Shown one piece after another: positions 1 through 8,793 of a stretch of DNA of 64,000 nucleotides; positions within the stretch are counted from its first letter, which is position 1, and each line of letters opens with the position of its first letter. Origin of the DNA: Escherichia coli (GTDB taxonomy: Bacteria > Pseudomonadota > Gammaproteobacteria > Enterobacterales > Enterobacteriaceae); the NCBI RefSeq assembly GCF_016026235.1, contig NZ_CP065613.1; one strand, given 5' to 3'. The position numbers were made by a program, and so were the translations under genes. Below the pieces are notes generated by a model that was not told the origin of the DNA, made no database searches, and worked only from the letters and a program-made list of their open reading frames with translations.

Positions 1-966
1 CATACCTTTGATTCTTTCCCATGAGCGGGAGGTGAATGTTTTTTCCAGCAAATCAGCTTTTGCGCGTTTGGCGTCGTTACTGGTGCCCCCATGGTGCTTG
101 TTGAGCAACTCGATAATTTCATCAAGTGCGATTTCTTTTGCACGCTTTTCTTTTAGCCATGTCGGTGTACCGTCGTTGGCAAATAATTCACTGTTATCCC
201 GTGAGGTATCGATGCCGAGGTGTTCACCTCCCAGGTTAAGAAACTCGATATGAGGAAGAAAGTTTTTAAATGTTGGGTTTGAAAATACCTGTCCATCAAT
301 ACGGGTGGAGCGATCTTTTAGTATTCTGGCGGTGCGCCACACCTGACCGGTTTCTATGTTCATTTGCTTCTCCATCTGGATCAGGATGGAGGGTTCATAA
401 CCGGTTTCTGTTTCTGCTTTCATTTTTATACCGGTTTTTGCCAACTGGCGTTTGCCATCATCACCTTCGAAAAAGTCATACTCATATCCTGCACGCCCGC
501 ACATAATAATGTGCGCCTGACTGTTAACAAATCGATCGGTAAAGCGTCGCCACTCCTGTTTGAGCCACGCCCAGTCTGAAAATTCCAGTCCTCGTTTACG
601 GTTTCGGCGTCTGGCATACTCGTCGCATAATCCGGTCCAGAAGTGACTGATGGAGTCGATGATCATTACGGAACCGCTGCTTTCCGCTTCATTAATGGCT
701 TCAAGCAGATCAACAAACGAGCGGGTTTTTGCCGTAAATAATTCGATATTTTCCGCATCAAAGCGGGGTTTAACCCAGTCAGAGCCTGTTTCTGTGTCCA
801 GAAACATTACCGGGCGGTTACCAGCTTCAATTCCCCGTTGCCGCATAAGCATTACCAGACCAATAGCCAGTTCGCTTGCTGTGTAGGTTTTGCCGTCGCC
901 AGCAAACCCCATAATTCCTGCTTTTAGATAGGCCTGTGTGTTTATTGCTCGTTGAAAAAGCGCCAT
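1..966 (-). CDS. P-loop ATPase, RecA-fold (AAA_24/Sak4-like phage ATPase); 3' end runs off the window
   Basis: Not in the ORF track because no stop lies inside the window. My translation from ATG 966 (SD GGAGGA upstream) is open for 322 codons to position 1: MALFQRAINTQAYLKAGIMGFAGDGKTYTASEL... It has Walker A GFAGDGKT and a Walker-B-like VMIIDSISHFW. Confidence 0.7.
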   Translation of the reverse strand, partial: MALFQRAINTQAYLKAGIMGFAGDGKTYTASELAIGLVMLMRQRGIEAGNRPVMFLDTETGSDWVKPRFDAENIELFTAKTRSFVDLLEAINEAESSGSVMIIDSISHFWTGLCDEYARRRNRKRGLEFSDWAWLKQEWRRFTDRFVNSQAHIIMCGRAGYEYDFFEGDDGKRQLAKTGIKMKAETETGYEPSILIQMEKQMNIETGQVWRTARILKDRSTRIDGQVFSNPTFKNFLPHIEFLNLGGEHLGIDTSRDNSELFANDGTPTWLKEKRAKEIALDEIIELLNKHHGGTSNDAKRAKADLLEKTFTSRSWERIKGM

Positions 967-971
967 AGATT

Positions 972-1271
972 TTAGTCCTCCAAATCAATATCAACCTGGT
1001 GGTGGGCAATGGTTTCAGCCATGTACCGGATGTGTTCTGCCATGCGCTCCTGAAACTCAACATCATCATCAAATGCGTGGCTGATTGCCTGTTTATTGGC
1101 ACCGTGGCGTTGCAAATGGTCGATGCAGAGCGATTCAAACAGGTGCTGAGGCAGACCTTTTTCCAGGTCGTCCGCCAGTTCCGTTTCTTTTTCTTCACGA
1201 ACGATCTGCTGGTAGTGGCGAGCCCATGCCATTTCTTCAATACGATCAAAAATCGGGTAAGCGCTCATCAC
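972..1271 (-). CDS. gam: Gam-like host nuclease (RecBCD) inhibitor
   Basis: 99 aa, roughly three-quarters identical by eye to the lambda-type Gam at 56348-56644. Shared strings include [20 protein letters not shown] and [28 protein letters not shown]. Confidence 0.8.
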   Translation of the reverse strand: MMSAYPIFDRIEEMAWARHYQQIVREEKETELADDLEKGLPQHLFESLCIDHLQRHGANKQAISHAFDDDVEFQERMAEHIRYMAETIAHHQVDIDLED

Positions 1272-3204
1272 TGGTCACTCCAAAATTTTCAAGCTTGTTG
1301 GCAATCATCATTGCGATGTCAGGGATTGCAGGCGCATAGGCTATGCACGCAGGATTCGCACATAAACCGTAAACCGCCGCAATCAACACCTGTTTTTTCC
1401 AGTTGAGTTCATCTTCGCCAGTTTCATTATTGCTATCATTATGCTGATCGCTGCCAGCGTTCTCCGGTAACAAATCATCAGCTTTTTCCGTTTTCTTCGG
1501 CTCTTCTTCCTGTGCTTCATCTGGTTTTTTTTCGTCAAAAGTTTCCTGATAAGTTGCGTCTCCCATCACCGCGCCACAGTCAGGGCAGTTATCCTCGCCA
1601 GTCTGATTGCAGGGTGTTCCCTCCTCCGGTTCGCTGTTCTGGTGCTGTTTATCTTCAGTCTGTCGCACTTCATTTTCCGTTTTTTTGACTTCATTTGAGG
1701 AGATATGATGACCGGGAATCCATTTCGGATCATTCGGGTCGCTAATCCCTTCAACAAATTCTCCGCGAGAGGCAGCCAGTAATTTGTCTGCATCGACAGG
1801 ATTTTTGGGCGGAATGTTTTTCCGGGCTTCATGGAGTTCTGCCCGCAGTTCCTGATATTTCGCATCAACAGCATTTACCTGTGACTGAGCATCCAGCGGC
1901 TGCGTGTCCTGATGATGTTCAGTTGCATCCGGTTCCACTGTTTCAGCCGTTGCCTGTTCATCTGCCATTGCGCAAGATGGTTGCGGTTTTTCTTCATCAT
2001 CCTGTTTTCCTTCTTCTGTTACTCGCTGCGGCATCGGGGCAGAGGAGCGACCGCAGGCAATATCCACGATTTCCGGATCAGGGTTGGCATGATCGGTTTC
2101 AGTCAGTACTTTGTTCAGATATTCAGTGACGTGTGCGGGGATGACCTCGATCCCAATTGGTGCTTCTTTCACGGACGCAACCACGATGGCGCGGGAATAA
2201 TCCAGCCCGCCAGGCATGGTGATGAATTTGTCGCGGAAAACAGAAAAGGGTGGTTTATTTTCAGCGATAATTTCCTCAATGCGTTTAGCGTGTGCCGGAT
2301 GAAGGTTATAGATGTCCACGTCCATTGAACGGGCCAGTACGCCAGTGGCTACATCGCGCGTCAGTGACGTCAGATCGTGGACGAAACCTTCGCCGCGATC
2401 GGTGAGGTTCCCGCCGCCAGCATTAGCACCGGAAGTCGTGCGAGTGATGCGTGAAACACGATTCCCTTTTCGCCATTCTTTTGTCAGAAGACCGCGATCA
2501 ATGTGTTCGGTATCCAGCCAGGCTGAAATGAAATTCTTAAATTCATAGGGCTGATGTTTTTTCGTGATAGAGAAAACTGCCTTAATTGCATCAGTCAGGC
2601 GGAGCAGGGCGGCATTATCCAGAGTTGTCGGTTCTGCCATGCCGCGTATGGCCAACAGCAGATTCTGGACATAGCTGTTTTCCTGATCCATCTCAAGAGC
2701 AGTAATGTGTTTGCGTTGTTCACGGGTGGCATGATGCAGGTATTTCCGATCCCCGGCAGCATACGTAAAAATGTGCAGAAGACGCTGTGTGAACCGCAAA
2801 GTGGCTACAGAGACTTCGCAATCCTGGCAATCCTCGTGGGCGTCTGCCTGCGCGTTTTCTTCCTGGCCTCCCGCCAGTTCTTTGGTTTCTTGAGCATTAT
2901 CCTGGTGGTGAACGTCGTCTGGCGCTGCTCCCGGTTTTAGTTCCCATGTCATGGAGTCTTTGCTGAGTTGATAGCGTTCACTCCAGGTAAAATCGATCTC
3001 ACCTTCAGGGGGAAGGTCATTAACGACAGGAAAATTTGTGGCAACAGCTTTAAAATAGTTGCTCAGTTTTTTACCTGACTTAACGAGCAGATAGTCCAGA
3101 GTGGTGCTGGTCGATTCAAAATCGTCGCTTGCCCACAGGACGACGTCAGGTTCACCGGATGATTTTTTCGCTTTCCGTAACAGGAAGAGTGGTTTTGTGC
3201 TCAT
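1246..3204 (-). CDS. 652-aa early protein of unknown function (acidic low-complexity tracts, CPDCG motif near C-terminus)
   Basis: Long uninterrupted ORF in the same operon as gam and the ATPase. Its stop overlaps the gam start by 26 nt. I recognise no family. Confidence 0.6.
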   Translation of the reverse strand: MSTKPLFLLRKAKKSSGEPDVVLWASDDFESTSTTLDYLLVKSGKKLSNYFKAVATNFPVVNDLPPEGEIDFTWSERYQLSKDSMTWELKPGAAPDDVHHQDNAQETKELAGGQEENAQADAHEDCQDCEVSVATLRFTQRLLHIFTYAAGDRKYLHHATREQRKHITALEMDQENSYVQNLLLAIRGMAEPTTLDNAALLRLTDAIKAVFSITKKHQPYEFKNFISAWLDTEHIDRGLLTKEWRKGNRVSRITRTTSGANAGGGNLTDRGEGFVHDLTSLTRDVATGVLARSMDVDIYNLHPAHAKRIEEIIAENKPPFSVFRDKFITMPGGLDYSRAIVVASVKEAPIGIEVIPAHVTEYLNKVLTETDHANPDPEIVDIACGRSSAPMPQRVTEEGKQDDEEKPQPSCAMADEQATAETVEPDATEHHQDTQPLDAQSQVNAVDAKYQELRAELHEARKNIPPKNPVDADKLLAASRGEFVEGISDPNDPKWIPGHHISSNEVKKTENEVRQTEDKQHQNSEPEEGTPCNQTGEDNCPDCGAVMGDATYQETFDEKKPDEAQEEEPKKTEKADDLLPENAGSDQHNDSNNETGEDELNWKKQVLIAAVYGLCANPACIAYAPAIPDIAMMIANKLENFGVTSDERLPDF

Positions 3205-3332
3205 TGTTTTTTAACCTCAACTCAGATTAAAATTACTGCGAGTGATGAATAAATGTCCCAGGTTCTTCACTCAGGCCTGCACACTGTGCAGGCTTTCTTT
3301 TTTTCAGATTTCACCTTTTAATTTCATTGCAA

Positions 3333-3578
3333 TCAGAGTTGCCAGAAATTCGGCTTTTTTTCTGCGGGCAGATTATTTCCGATGTAAACCAGGCACATTT
3401 TTGTGGCACCTTCAACAAGAGTTTTAAAGTTTCCTGATAGACCGTCGATATCAACCACAGTGAATGGGGTTTCTTTATTTTCTGTTTTAATTACGTAGCC
3501 AATATGCTTTCCTTCCAGGTAAACCTCGTGAACAATGTTATCAGTAGTTGCAACAGTGGCTTCATAATTGGTGTTCAT
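3333..3578 (-). CDS. hypothetical 81-aa protein
   Basis: I prefer the internal ATG at 3578 (MNTNYEAT...), which is preceded by a strong SD (AAGGAGAAAAAC). The track ORF extends to 3626. Confidence 0.55.
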   Translation of the reverse strand: MNTNYEATVATTDNIVHEVYLEGKHIGYVIKTENKETPFTVVDIDGLSGNFKTLVEGATKMCLVYIGNNLPAEKKPNFWQL

Positions 3579-3652
3579 GTTTTTCTCCTTAATTAAGGTT
3601 GAGCGAATCCCTGCCATTGCTGGCATAAATTCAGTTTCGAATAGTCAGTTAA

Positions 3653-3934
3653 TTAAAGTTCGTGTGCCATCTGGTCTTTTTCGGCGCAGATTTCACTACA
3701 ATATTTGCGTTTCTTTTTCCTCATCATGGTTCCGTGCATGTAAATAAGTTCAGCAGTGTAAGCCTTATCAGGGCTTACTTGTCTGTCACACAGGCCATAA
3801 GCACAGGGAATTAAATCGGGATCACCTTTCTGCTGGAGGGTTTTTTTGATTATCCATAACAATTTTTTGATTCCGGTGTGTGTTATGGTCTGCTGAGGTG
3901 CAGAGGTAAAACAATAATCAAGCATAGGGTTCAT
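3653..3934 (-). CDS. small Cys-containing protein (possible zinc ribbon), unknown function
   Basis: 93-aa ORF in operon context with a C..C...C...C pattern and a basic KKKRK tract. Confidence 0.5.
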   Translation of the reverse strand: MNPMLDYCFTSAPQQTITHTGIKKLLWIIKKTLQQKGDPDLIPCAYGLCDRQVSPDKAYTAELIYMHGTMMRKKKRKYCSEICAEKDQMAHEL

Positions 3935-3950
3935 ATCCGTAGCTCCATTT

Positions 3951-4505
3951 TTATTTTAAAGAAAGTAATTGTTCCACAGTCATATTTTTAATTGCGCCCC
4001 GGTTAACAAGAGTCCATCCCTGTTTTTCCAGATAAAACCGGAAAGTCTCCAGGGTACAGACCAGTGCGCCATCAGGAACGGTTTCGGTGAATTCGACATT
4101 GCCGAATTTGTCGAAGTGAACAACCAGAGTGCGACCATCACCCGGAATCATCTTGTCAGCAGGTGGGGTGTTATTCTGGCGCAGTTCGGCCTCCATGCGG
4201 TCGAACTCAGCAATGTAGGCTTCCTTGAATGCGGCGGCTTTTTTGCCAGTGAAGCCCATCATCAGGAAAACGAAGCCGTTTTTGGTGATTTGGTACATTG
4301 GGCGTTTTTCGCCTTTGGCGTCGGTATAGGTGACGGGCTTAAAATTAAGCCGGTTAAACTCCGGCGAGCATTCGAGAGTTTCGATCTTCTGAATAACGTT
4401 TTTGTGCATTTTCCGGAAGAACTTCGCAACCGCAACAGACGTAGTGACAGCGCGACCATTTTCGATGGTTACGTCAGGGTGAGAAAGGGTAAGGATAGTA
4501 GCCAT
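3951..4505 (-). CDS. rha: Rha-family phage regulatory protein (antirepressor-like)
   Basis: MATILTLSHPDVTIENGRAVTTSVAVAKFFRKMHKNVIQKIE...YQITKNGFVFLMMGFTGKKAAAFKEAYIAEFDRME matches the Phage_pRha pattern from memory. I place the start at ATG 4505 (SD GAGG at 4514-4517) rather than track start 4799, because the upstream 98 codons overlap a terminator and a structured RNA. Confidence 0.75.
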   Translation of the reverse strand: MATILTLSHPDVTIENGRAVTTSVAVAKFFRKMHKNVIQKIETLECSPEFNRLNFKPVTYTDAKGEKRPMYQITKNGFVFLMMGFTGKKAAAFKEAYIAEFDRMEAELRQNNTPPADKMIPGDGRTLVVHFDKFGNVEFTETVPDGALVCTLETFRFYLEKQGWTLVNRGAIKNMTVEQLLSLK

Positions 4506-4559
4506 GATGGCAGCCTCGATAGTCAGTTTAAATAACTCACCACCAGAGGTAGCAATCTC

Positions 4560-4640
4560 ATGGGTGGTGAGACGCACAGGGTTGCTACAACCGGTGACTA
4601 CCGAAACCGGCCAGCCTTGCGGCTGCCCTGCACGCCCCAC
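4560..4640 (-). ncRNA. candidate C4-type (P1/P7 c4-like) antisense RNA upstream of rha; ends approximate
   Basis: On the minus strand, GUAGCAA (4582-4588) and CUCACCACC (4563-4571) are complementary, in the same 5'-3' order, to UUGCUAC (4549-4555) and GGUGGUGAG (4536-4544). The targets lie just upstream of the rha SD/ATG. The region is GC-rich and hairpin-rich and is preceded by a terminator. No covariance model was run. Confidence 0.4.
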
Positions 4641-4670
4641 CATAATCTGAATGTGGCTGTGCTTGACGCA

Positions 4671-4694
4671 TAAAAAAACCGCCTGAGCGCGGTT
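4671..4694 (-). terminator. intrinsic terminator (minus strand)
   Basis: Minus strand reads AACCGC-GCTCAG-GCGGTT followed by TTTTTTA. Confidence 0.5.
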
Positions 4695-4821
4695 ATGCGC
4701 AGTAGTCATCGTCGGGGTAGCAATCCCGGCCCCCGTTTTATGAGGTGCAGGTGCACTATAATTCCACCCGTTCTGGTTTTCAATAGCTACATTCAACATT
4801 TTCTCTCACCTTTCATCACCG

Positions 4822-4976
4822 AAGTGAATTTTGTGATGCGGTGCCTGGTGCCTCCAGGTGACGTTAACCAGTTAACAATTACAGTCGGCTTTCCCACCCA
4901 AACCAATAAGGACTAACATGACTTTTAACTGTGCCGCGTGCGCTTAGCCGCATTCACCGCATCACAAAATTCACTT
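4822..4976. repeat. perfect 22-bp inverted repeat pair flanking a 111-bp spacer
   Basis: AAGTGAATTTTGTGATGCGGTG at 4822-4843 is the exact reverse complement of 4955-4976. The spacer contains smaller palindromes (CCTGGTGCCTCCAGG; GTTAACCAGTTAAC). Confidence 0.9.
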
Positions 4977-5206
4977 TAAAAAGGGCGGACATCAGCCAGC
5001 AATTAAACCGATGCCGCCAACTGGTACTTCACACAGCAATGTCGTTATTTACAACCGGAAGCGCACTCCCACCATTTAAATTTCACAGACAAGACCGACT
5101 CTTTATGGATACCGGAAATGCGCCTTCGTGTTGTGCCCGGTTTTATTTCACCACCTCCGGGCTTTGGTGGTATCTTTACTGAAGTTCTCACACAACCAGT
5201 AAGGAA

Positions 5207-5503
5207 ATGAATATGCCAACGTATCTCGCCAGAGTAGAACTATATAATGCTGAGCCAGAGGATTACGAAGGGCTTCATAAATATATGCTCTCACTAGGAT
5301 TCAGGAGAACGATCCCCCATGGAGATGGTTCGTATAATCAACTCCCGGACGGAACTTATGTTTCCGAAAAGGGCGGTGATATTTATCAAATTCGCAGCCA
5401 GATATCTGACTATGCAGACCGACTATCCGGGTATCGCGCGTCTGTTTTTGTTTGCGAATTCAGTCAATGCGCATGGTATTTATACCCCGCCAAGACCCGG
5501 TGA
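5207..5503 (+). CDS. hypothetical 96-98-aa protein, lone plus-strand gene in a minus-strand region
   Basis: ORF with SD AAGGA; start at ATG 5207 or 5213. It converges on and overlaps the 3' end of 5480-5692. No family recognised with confidence. Confidence 0.5.
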   Translation: MNMPTYLARVELYNAEPEDYEGLHKYMLSLGFRRTIPHGDGSYNQLPDGTYVSEKGGDIYQIRSQISDYADRLSGYRASVFVCEFSQCAWYLYPAKTR

Positions 5504-5692
5504 ATATCCTGCACGGCCTTCTGCTTTGTAGAAGGCTTCTTCGCTATCATAATCGCCAGATTCCAGCGCTTCTTTAGCCAGCCAGATGCGTGCCCCAGTG
5601 CCTGCATTTGGCTCCAGTTGCTGGAGGCGTTTTGCATCTTCTGGGAGTAGAGCGATAACGTGTTTTAATTCTGTCTCGTTCATTTTACTCAC
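5480..5692 (-). CDS. small YdfB/YdfC-like prophage protein
   Basis: 70-aa ORF immediately downstream of the ydfA-like gene, in the same order as Qin ydfABC. The similarity is from memory only. Confidence 0.45.
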   Translation of the reverse strand: MSKMNETELKHVIALLPEDAKRLQQLEPNAGTGARIWLAKEALESGDYDSEEAFYKAEGRAGYSPGLGGV

Positions 5693-5840
5693 CTGAATGT
5701 CTTCCCAACCAACGACGTGCGCCAGCTTCGGTTTTAAACGTTTTGCTTTTGGTATACGTCATGGCGGTGAATGTGCCGTCCTGGTTGGGGAACACGCCGT
5801 ACACCAGAGATTCGTTGTTGCCAAGATCGATAGTATTCAT
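5685..5840 (-). CDS. ydfA: YdfA-like (DUF1391) small protein
   Basis: Internal ATG 5840 gives 51 aa, MNTIDLGNNESLVYGVFPNQDGTFTAMTYTKSKTFKTEAGARRWLGRHSGE. This is near-identical to Qin YdfA as I remember it. Confidence 0.7.
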   Translation of the reverse strand: MNTIDLGNNESLVYGVFPNQDGTFTAMTYTKSKTFKTEAGARRWLGRHSGE

Positions 5841-6042
5841 GTTGACCCCATTTCCCCTTAACGCCGGGGTAGCGGAACTGTTTGCTGAGAACACCGTGCG
5901 GTGTCTTGATGAATGAAATTTAGAATAACCTAAGATGGGCGGCCAAGATTTTTATGTAGAAAAACCTAAGTTTTTTGATGTAAAAAACACAAGTGTTTGA
6001 AAGTTTGTGCTTTTTATTACAGGGTGTGGAGAAAAAAGGGGA

Positions 6043-6450
6043 TTATTTGTTTGCGCTTCTTTTGCGAGCTTTGAGTAGTTCTTCAAAAAGTTTGTTGAAA
6101 TTTTCAACTCGAGCACGCATCTCTGACAACAGGGCCTTTTGCTCTGACTCAGGCAGTGCGTCGAACAGTTGAAGTAACTCTTTTTGATCTTCTGTCAGAA
6201 TGGCTGGCTGATTATCCGGGATCGGTTCGCCTGGTTGTTTATCTTCATCCCCAAAAAGAAGCCAAGTCGGTGAGCACTGAAGCGCTTGGCTCAGTGCGAA
6301 TAATCTTTTCCCCGCCGGCTGTGTTTCATCTCTTTCCCATTGAGAAATTGTTACGTGAGCCACTTTGACCAGCTTACCTAATGCGGCCTGAGACAGTTTT
6401 AATTTTTTACGCCTATGTAAGAGGCGAGCACCGAAGGTTTCGTTTTTCAT
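6043..6450 (-). CDS. dicA: DicA-like HTH (XRE) prophage repressor, no S24 peptidase domain
   Basis: 135 aa with HTH LSQAALGKLVKVAHVTISQWERDET. The C-terminus LFALSQALQCSPTWLLFGDEDKQP...MRARVENFNKLFEELLKARKR parallels E. coli DicA. Confidence 0.85.
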   Translation of the reverse strand: MKNETFGARLLHRRKKLKLSQAALGKLVKVAHVTISQWERDETQPAGKRLFALSQALQCSPTWLLFGDEDKQPGEPIPDNQPAILTEDQKELLQLFDALPESEQKALLSEMRARVENFNKLFEELLKARKRSANK

Positions 6451-6526
6451 ATTAGGGAATTCTAATTTTTCTTGACTTAGGTTTCTCTACGATCTAGTTT
6501 CCTTAGGAAAATCTAAGGAGCTCGAT
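6451..6526. promoter_or_regulatory. divergent dicA/dicC control region: palindromic operators and a sigma70 promoter for the rightward operon
   Basis: Palindromes ATTAGggaattCTAAT (6451-6466) and CCTTAGgaaaatCTAAGG (6501-6518). TTGACT (6472-6477) is followed after 17 bp by TAGTTT (6495-6500), reading toward dicC. Confidence 0.5.
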
Positions 6527-6754
6527 ATGTTGAAAATTGATGCTATAGCGTTTTTTGGCAGCAAAACAAAGCTTGCCAATGCCGCAGGAGTTAGGCTGGC
6601 AAGCATTGCTGCATGGGGGGAACTGGTTCCTGAAGGTCGCGCGATGCGCCTGCAAGAGGCATCTGGCGGGGAACTTCAGTACGACCCCAAAGTTTATGAC
6701 GAATATCGTAAGGCAAAACGACCTGGGAAGGTGATTCATGAAAATCAGGCATGA
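6527..6754 (+). CDS. dicC: DicC-like Cro-type regulator
   Basis: 75 aa. FGSKTKLANAAGVRLASIAAWGELVPEGRAMRLQEASGGELQYDPKVYDEYRK closely matches DicC from memory. Confidence 0.8.
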   Translation: MLKIDAIAFFGSKTKLANAAGVRLASIAAWGELVPEGRAMRLQEASGGELQYDPKVYDEYRKAKRPGKVIHENQA

Positions 6755-7160
6755 GCACATCGAATCAGTGCTGTTAGCCCTGGCAGCCGAAAAAGGGCAG
6801 GCGTGGGTCGCTAACGCAATTACTGAAGAATATCTGCGGCAGGGGGGCGGCGAATTGTCTCTGGTACCAGGCAAGGACTGGAACAATCAGCAGAATATCT
6901 ATCACCGTTGGTTGAAAGGTGAAACGAAAGCGCAAAGGGAAAAAATTCAGAAACTGATCCCTGTGGTTCTGGCAATTCTTCCGCGTGAGCTGCGTCACCG
7001 ACTCTGTATCTTCGATACCCTGGAACGCCGTGCATTACTGGCGGCGCAGGAAGCGTTGAGTACGGCAATTGATGCGCATGATGATGCTGTCCAGGCCGTT
7101 TACCGGAAAGCACATTTCAGCGGTGGTGGGTCGCCCGGCGATTCTGTCGTAGTGCATTGA
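6738..7160 (+). CDS. ydaT: YdaT-like protein (CII-position regulator/toxic protein family)
   Basis: 140 aa, directly after the cro-like gene as in Rac ydaS-ydaT. Family assignment is from memory. Confidence 0.65.
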   Translation: MKIRHEHIESVLLALAAEKGQAWVANAITEEYLRQGGGELSLVPGKDWNNQQNIYHRWLKGETKAQREKIQKLIPVVLAILPRELRHRLCIFDTLERRALLAAQEALSTAIDAHDDAVQAVYRKAHFSGGGSPGDSVVVH

Positions 7161-7237
7161 TTGAAATTAATCGTGCCGGATTGTTTTGTTCGGTATCAGT
7201 TAAATGTAACGCTGCGAGCGTTACAAGGTGAAAACAA

Positions 7238-8026
7238 ATGGCTTCAAACTGGATAAAGCTCGAGGTTATTACGCCGGATAAGCCGGAAATATTCAGGCTT
7301 GCTGAGATTCTGAATATTGATCCAGATGCCGCATTAGGGAAGGTTATTCGCTTCTGGGCATGGGCGGATCAACAAATGATAGACGGTAATGCAGATTGTA
7401 ACGCTCGCGGCGTTACAAAAAGTGCAATAGATCGCATCACTTTTATGTCTGGTTTTGCTGATGCGTTAATTCAGGTTGGATGGCTGGTCGAAAATGACGG
7501 TGGGCTTTCTCTACCTAACTTTGAACGTCATAACGGAAAAAGCTCTAAAAAACGGGCGGTTACAAACGAGCGAGTAACAAAAATACGCGAACTGAAACGA
7601 AAAGGTAACGCTGCCAGCGTTACACAAACGGATCAAAAAGCGTTACCAGAGGAAGAGGAAGAGGAAGATCTAAATACTGATCTCCCCCTAAATCCCCCTC
7701 GCCAAAAACGAGCGTCTAAAAAATTCGAGCCGGAGGCTATTGAGCTGCCCGATTGGTTGCCGGAAACACTCTGGCATGAGTGGGTCCGGTTCAGACAGGC
7801 ATTGCGAAAACCGATTCGAACGGAGCAGGGCGCTAACGGGGCGATACGGGAACTGGAAAAATTCCGTCAGCAGGGTTTTACACCTGAGCAGGTGATTCGA
7901 CACAGCATCGCCAATGAATACCAGGGCCTGTTCGCGCCGAAAGGTGTTCGGCCTGAGACGTTGCTCCGACAGGTTAACACCGTCTCGTTGCCGGACAGTG
8001 CGATCCCGCCAGGCTTCAGGGGGTAA
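7238..8026 (+). CDS. replication initiation / replisome-organiser protein (lambda O functional analogue)
   Basis: 262 aa, positioned directly upstream of the DnaC-like loader. It has an acidic EEEEEED linker between two domains. Confidence 0.55.
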   Translation: MASNWIKLEVITPDKPEIFRLAEILNIDPDAALGKVIRFWAWADQQMIDGNADCNARGVTKSAIDRITFMSGFADALIQVGWLVENDGGLSLPNFERHNGKSSKKRAVTNERVTKIRELKRKGNAASVTQTDQKALPEEEEEEDLNTDLPLNPPRQKRASKKFEPEAIELPDWLPETLWHEWVRFRQALRKPIRTEQGANGAIRELEKFRQQGFTPEQVIRHSIANEYQGLFAPKGVRPETLLRQVNTVSLPDSAIPPGFRG

Positions 8027-8032
8027 CGGACC

Positions 8033-8779
8033 ATGAAAAATATTGCGACAGGCGGCGTTCTGGAACGCATCCGCCGACTGACCCCGCCACATGTAACCGC
8101 CCCATTCAGAACGGTAGCGGAGTGGCGCGAGTGGCAACTTGCTGAAGGCCAGAAACGTAGCGAGGAGATCAACCGCCTGAATCGCCAGTTGCGGGTGGAA
8201 AAAATTCTGAATCGCTCAGGCATCCAGCCGTTGCACCGTAAATGCTCGTTTGCGAATTACCAGGTGCAGAACGACGGCCAGCGATACGCGTTAAGCCAGG
8301 CGAAATCCATCGCCGATGAACTGATGACCGGGTGTACAAATTTTGCGTTCAGCGGAAAACCTGGTACCGGGAAGAATCACTTAGCGGCAGCTATCGGGAA
8401 TCGCCTGCTGAAAGACGGTCAGACAGTGATTGTGGTTACCGTGGCTGATGTTATGAGCGCCCTGCACGCCAGCTATGACGACGGGCAGTCAGGCGAAAAA
8501 TTTTTGCGGGAGCTGTGCGAAGTGGATCTGCTGGTTCTTGATGAAATTGGCATTCAGCGCGAGACGAAAAACGAGCAGGTGGTGCTGCACCAGATTGTTG
8601 ATCGCCGGACAGCGTCGATGCGCAGCGTGGGGATGCTGACAAACCTGAACTATGAGGTGATGAAAACATTGCTCGGCGAGCGGGTGATGGATCGCATGGT
8701 CATGAACGGCGGGCGCTGGGTGAATTTTAACTGGGAGAGCTGGCGTCCGAATGTTAGCCATTCGAGGGTTGTTAAGTAG
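8033..8779 (+). CDS. DnaC/IstB-like AAA+ helicase loader
   Basis: Walker A GKPGTGKNHLAAAIG, Walker B LLVLDEIG; 248 aa. Confidence 0.85.
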   Translation: MKNIATGGVLERIRRLTPPHVTAPFRTVAEWREWQLAEGQKRSEEINRLNRQLRVEKILNRSGIQPLHRKCSFANYQVQNDGQRYALSQAKSIADELMTGCTNFAFSGKPGTGKNHLAAAIGNRLLKDGQTVIVVTVADVMSALHASYDDGQSGEKFLRELCEVDLLVLDEIGIQRETKNEQVVLHQIVDRRTASMRSVGMLTNLNYEVMKTLLGERVMDRMVMNGGRWVNFNWESWRPNVSHSRVVK

Positions 8780-8793
8780 TTTCAGGAGGATTT

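Noticed and set aside
4505-4799. N-terminal 98 codons of the track's 282-aa ORF (3951-4799, minus)
   Set aside because: The recognisable Rha domain starts at M99 with its own SD. The extension runs through an intrinsic terminator and a GC-rich structured segment and has no protein-like features, so it is better explained as non-coding RNA/leader.
4856-4864. 9-nt match GGTGACGTT to the 5' region of DicF sRNA, prompted by the Qin-like dicA-ydfABC context
   Set aside because: Only 9 nt match, on the wrong strand for the operon, with no DicF-like terminator or further similarity. Most likely chance.
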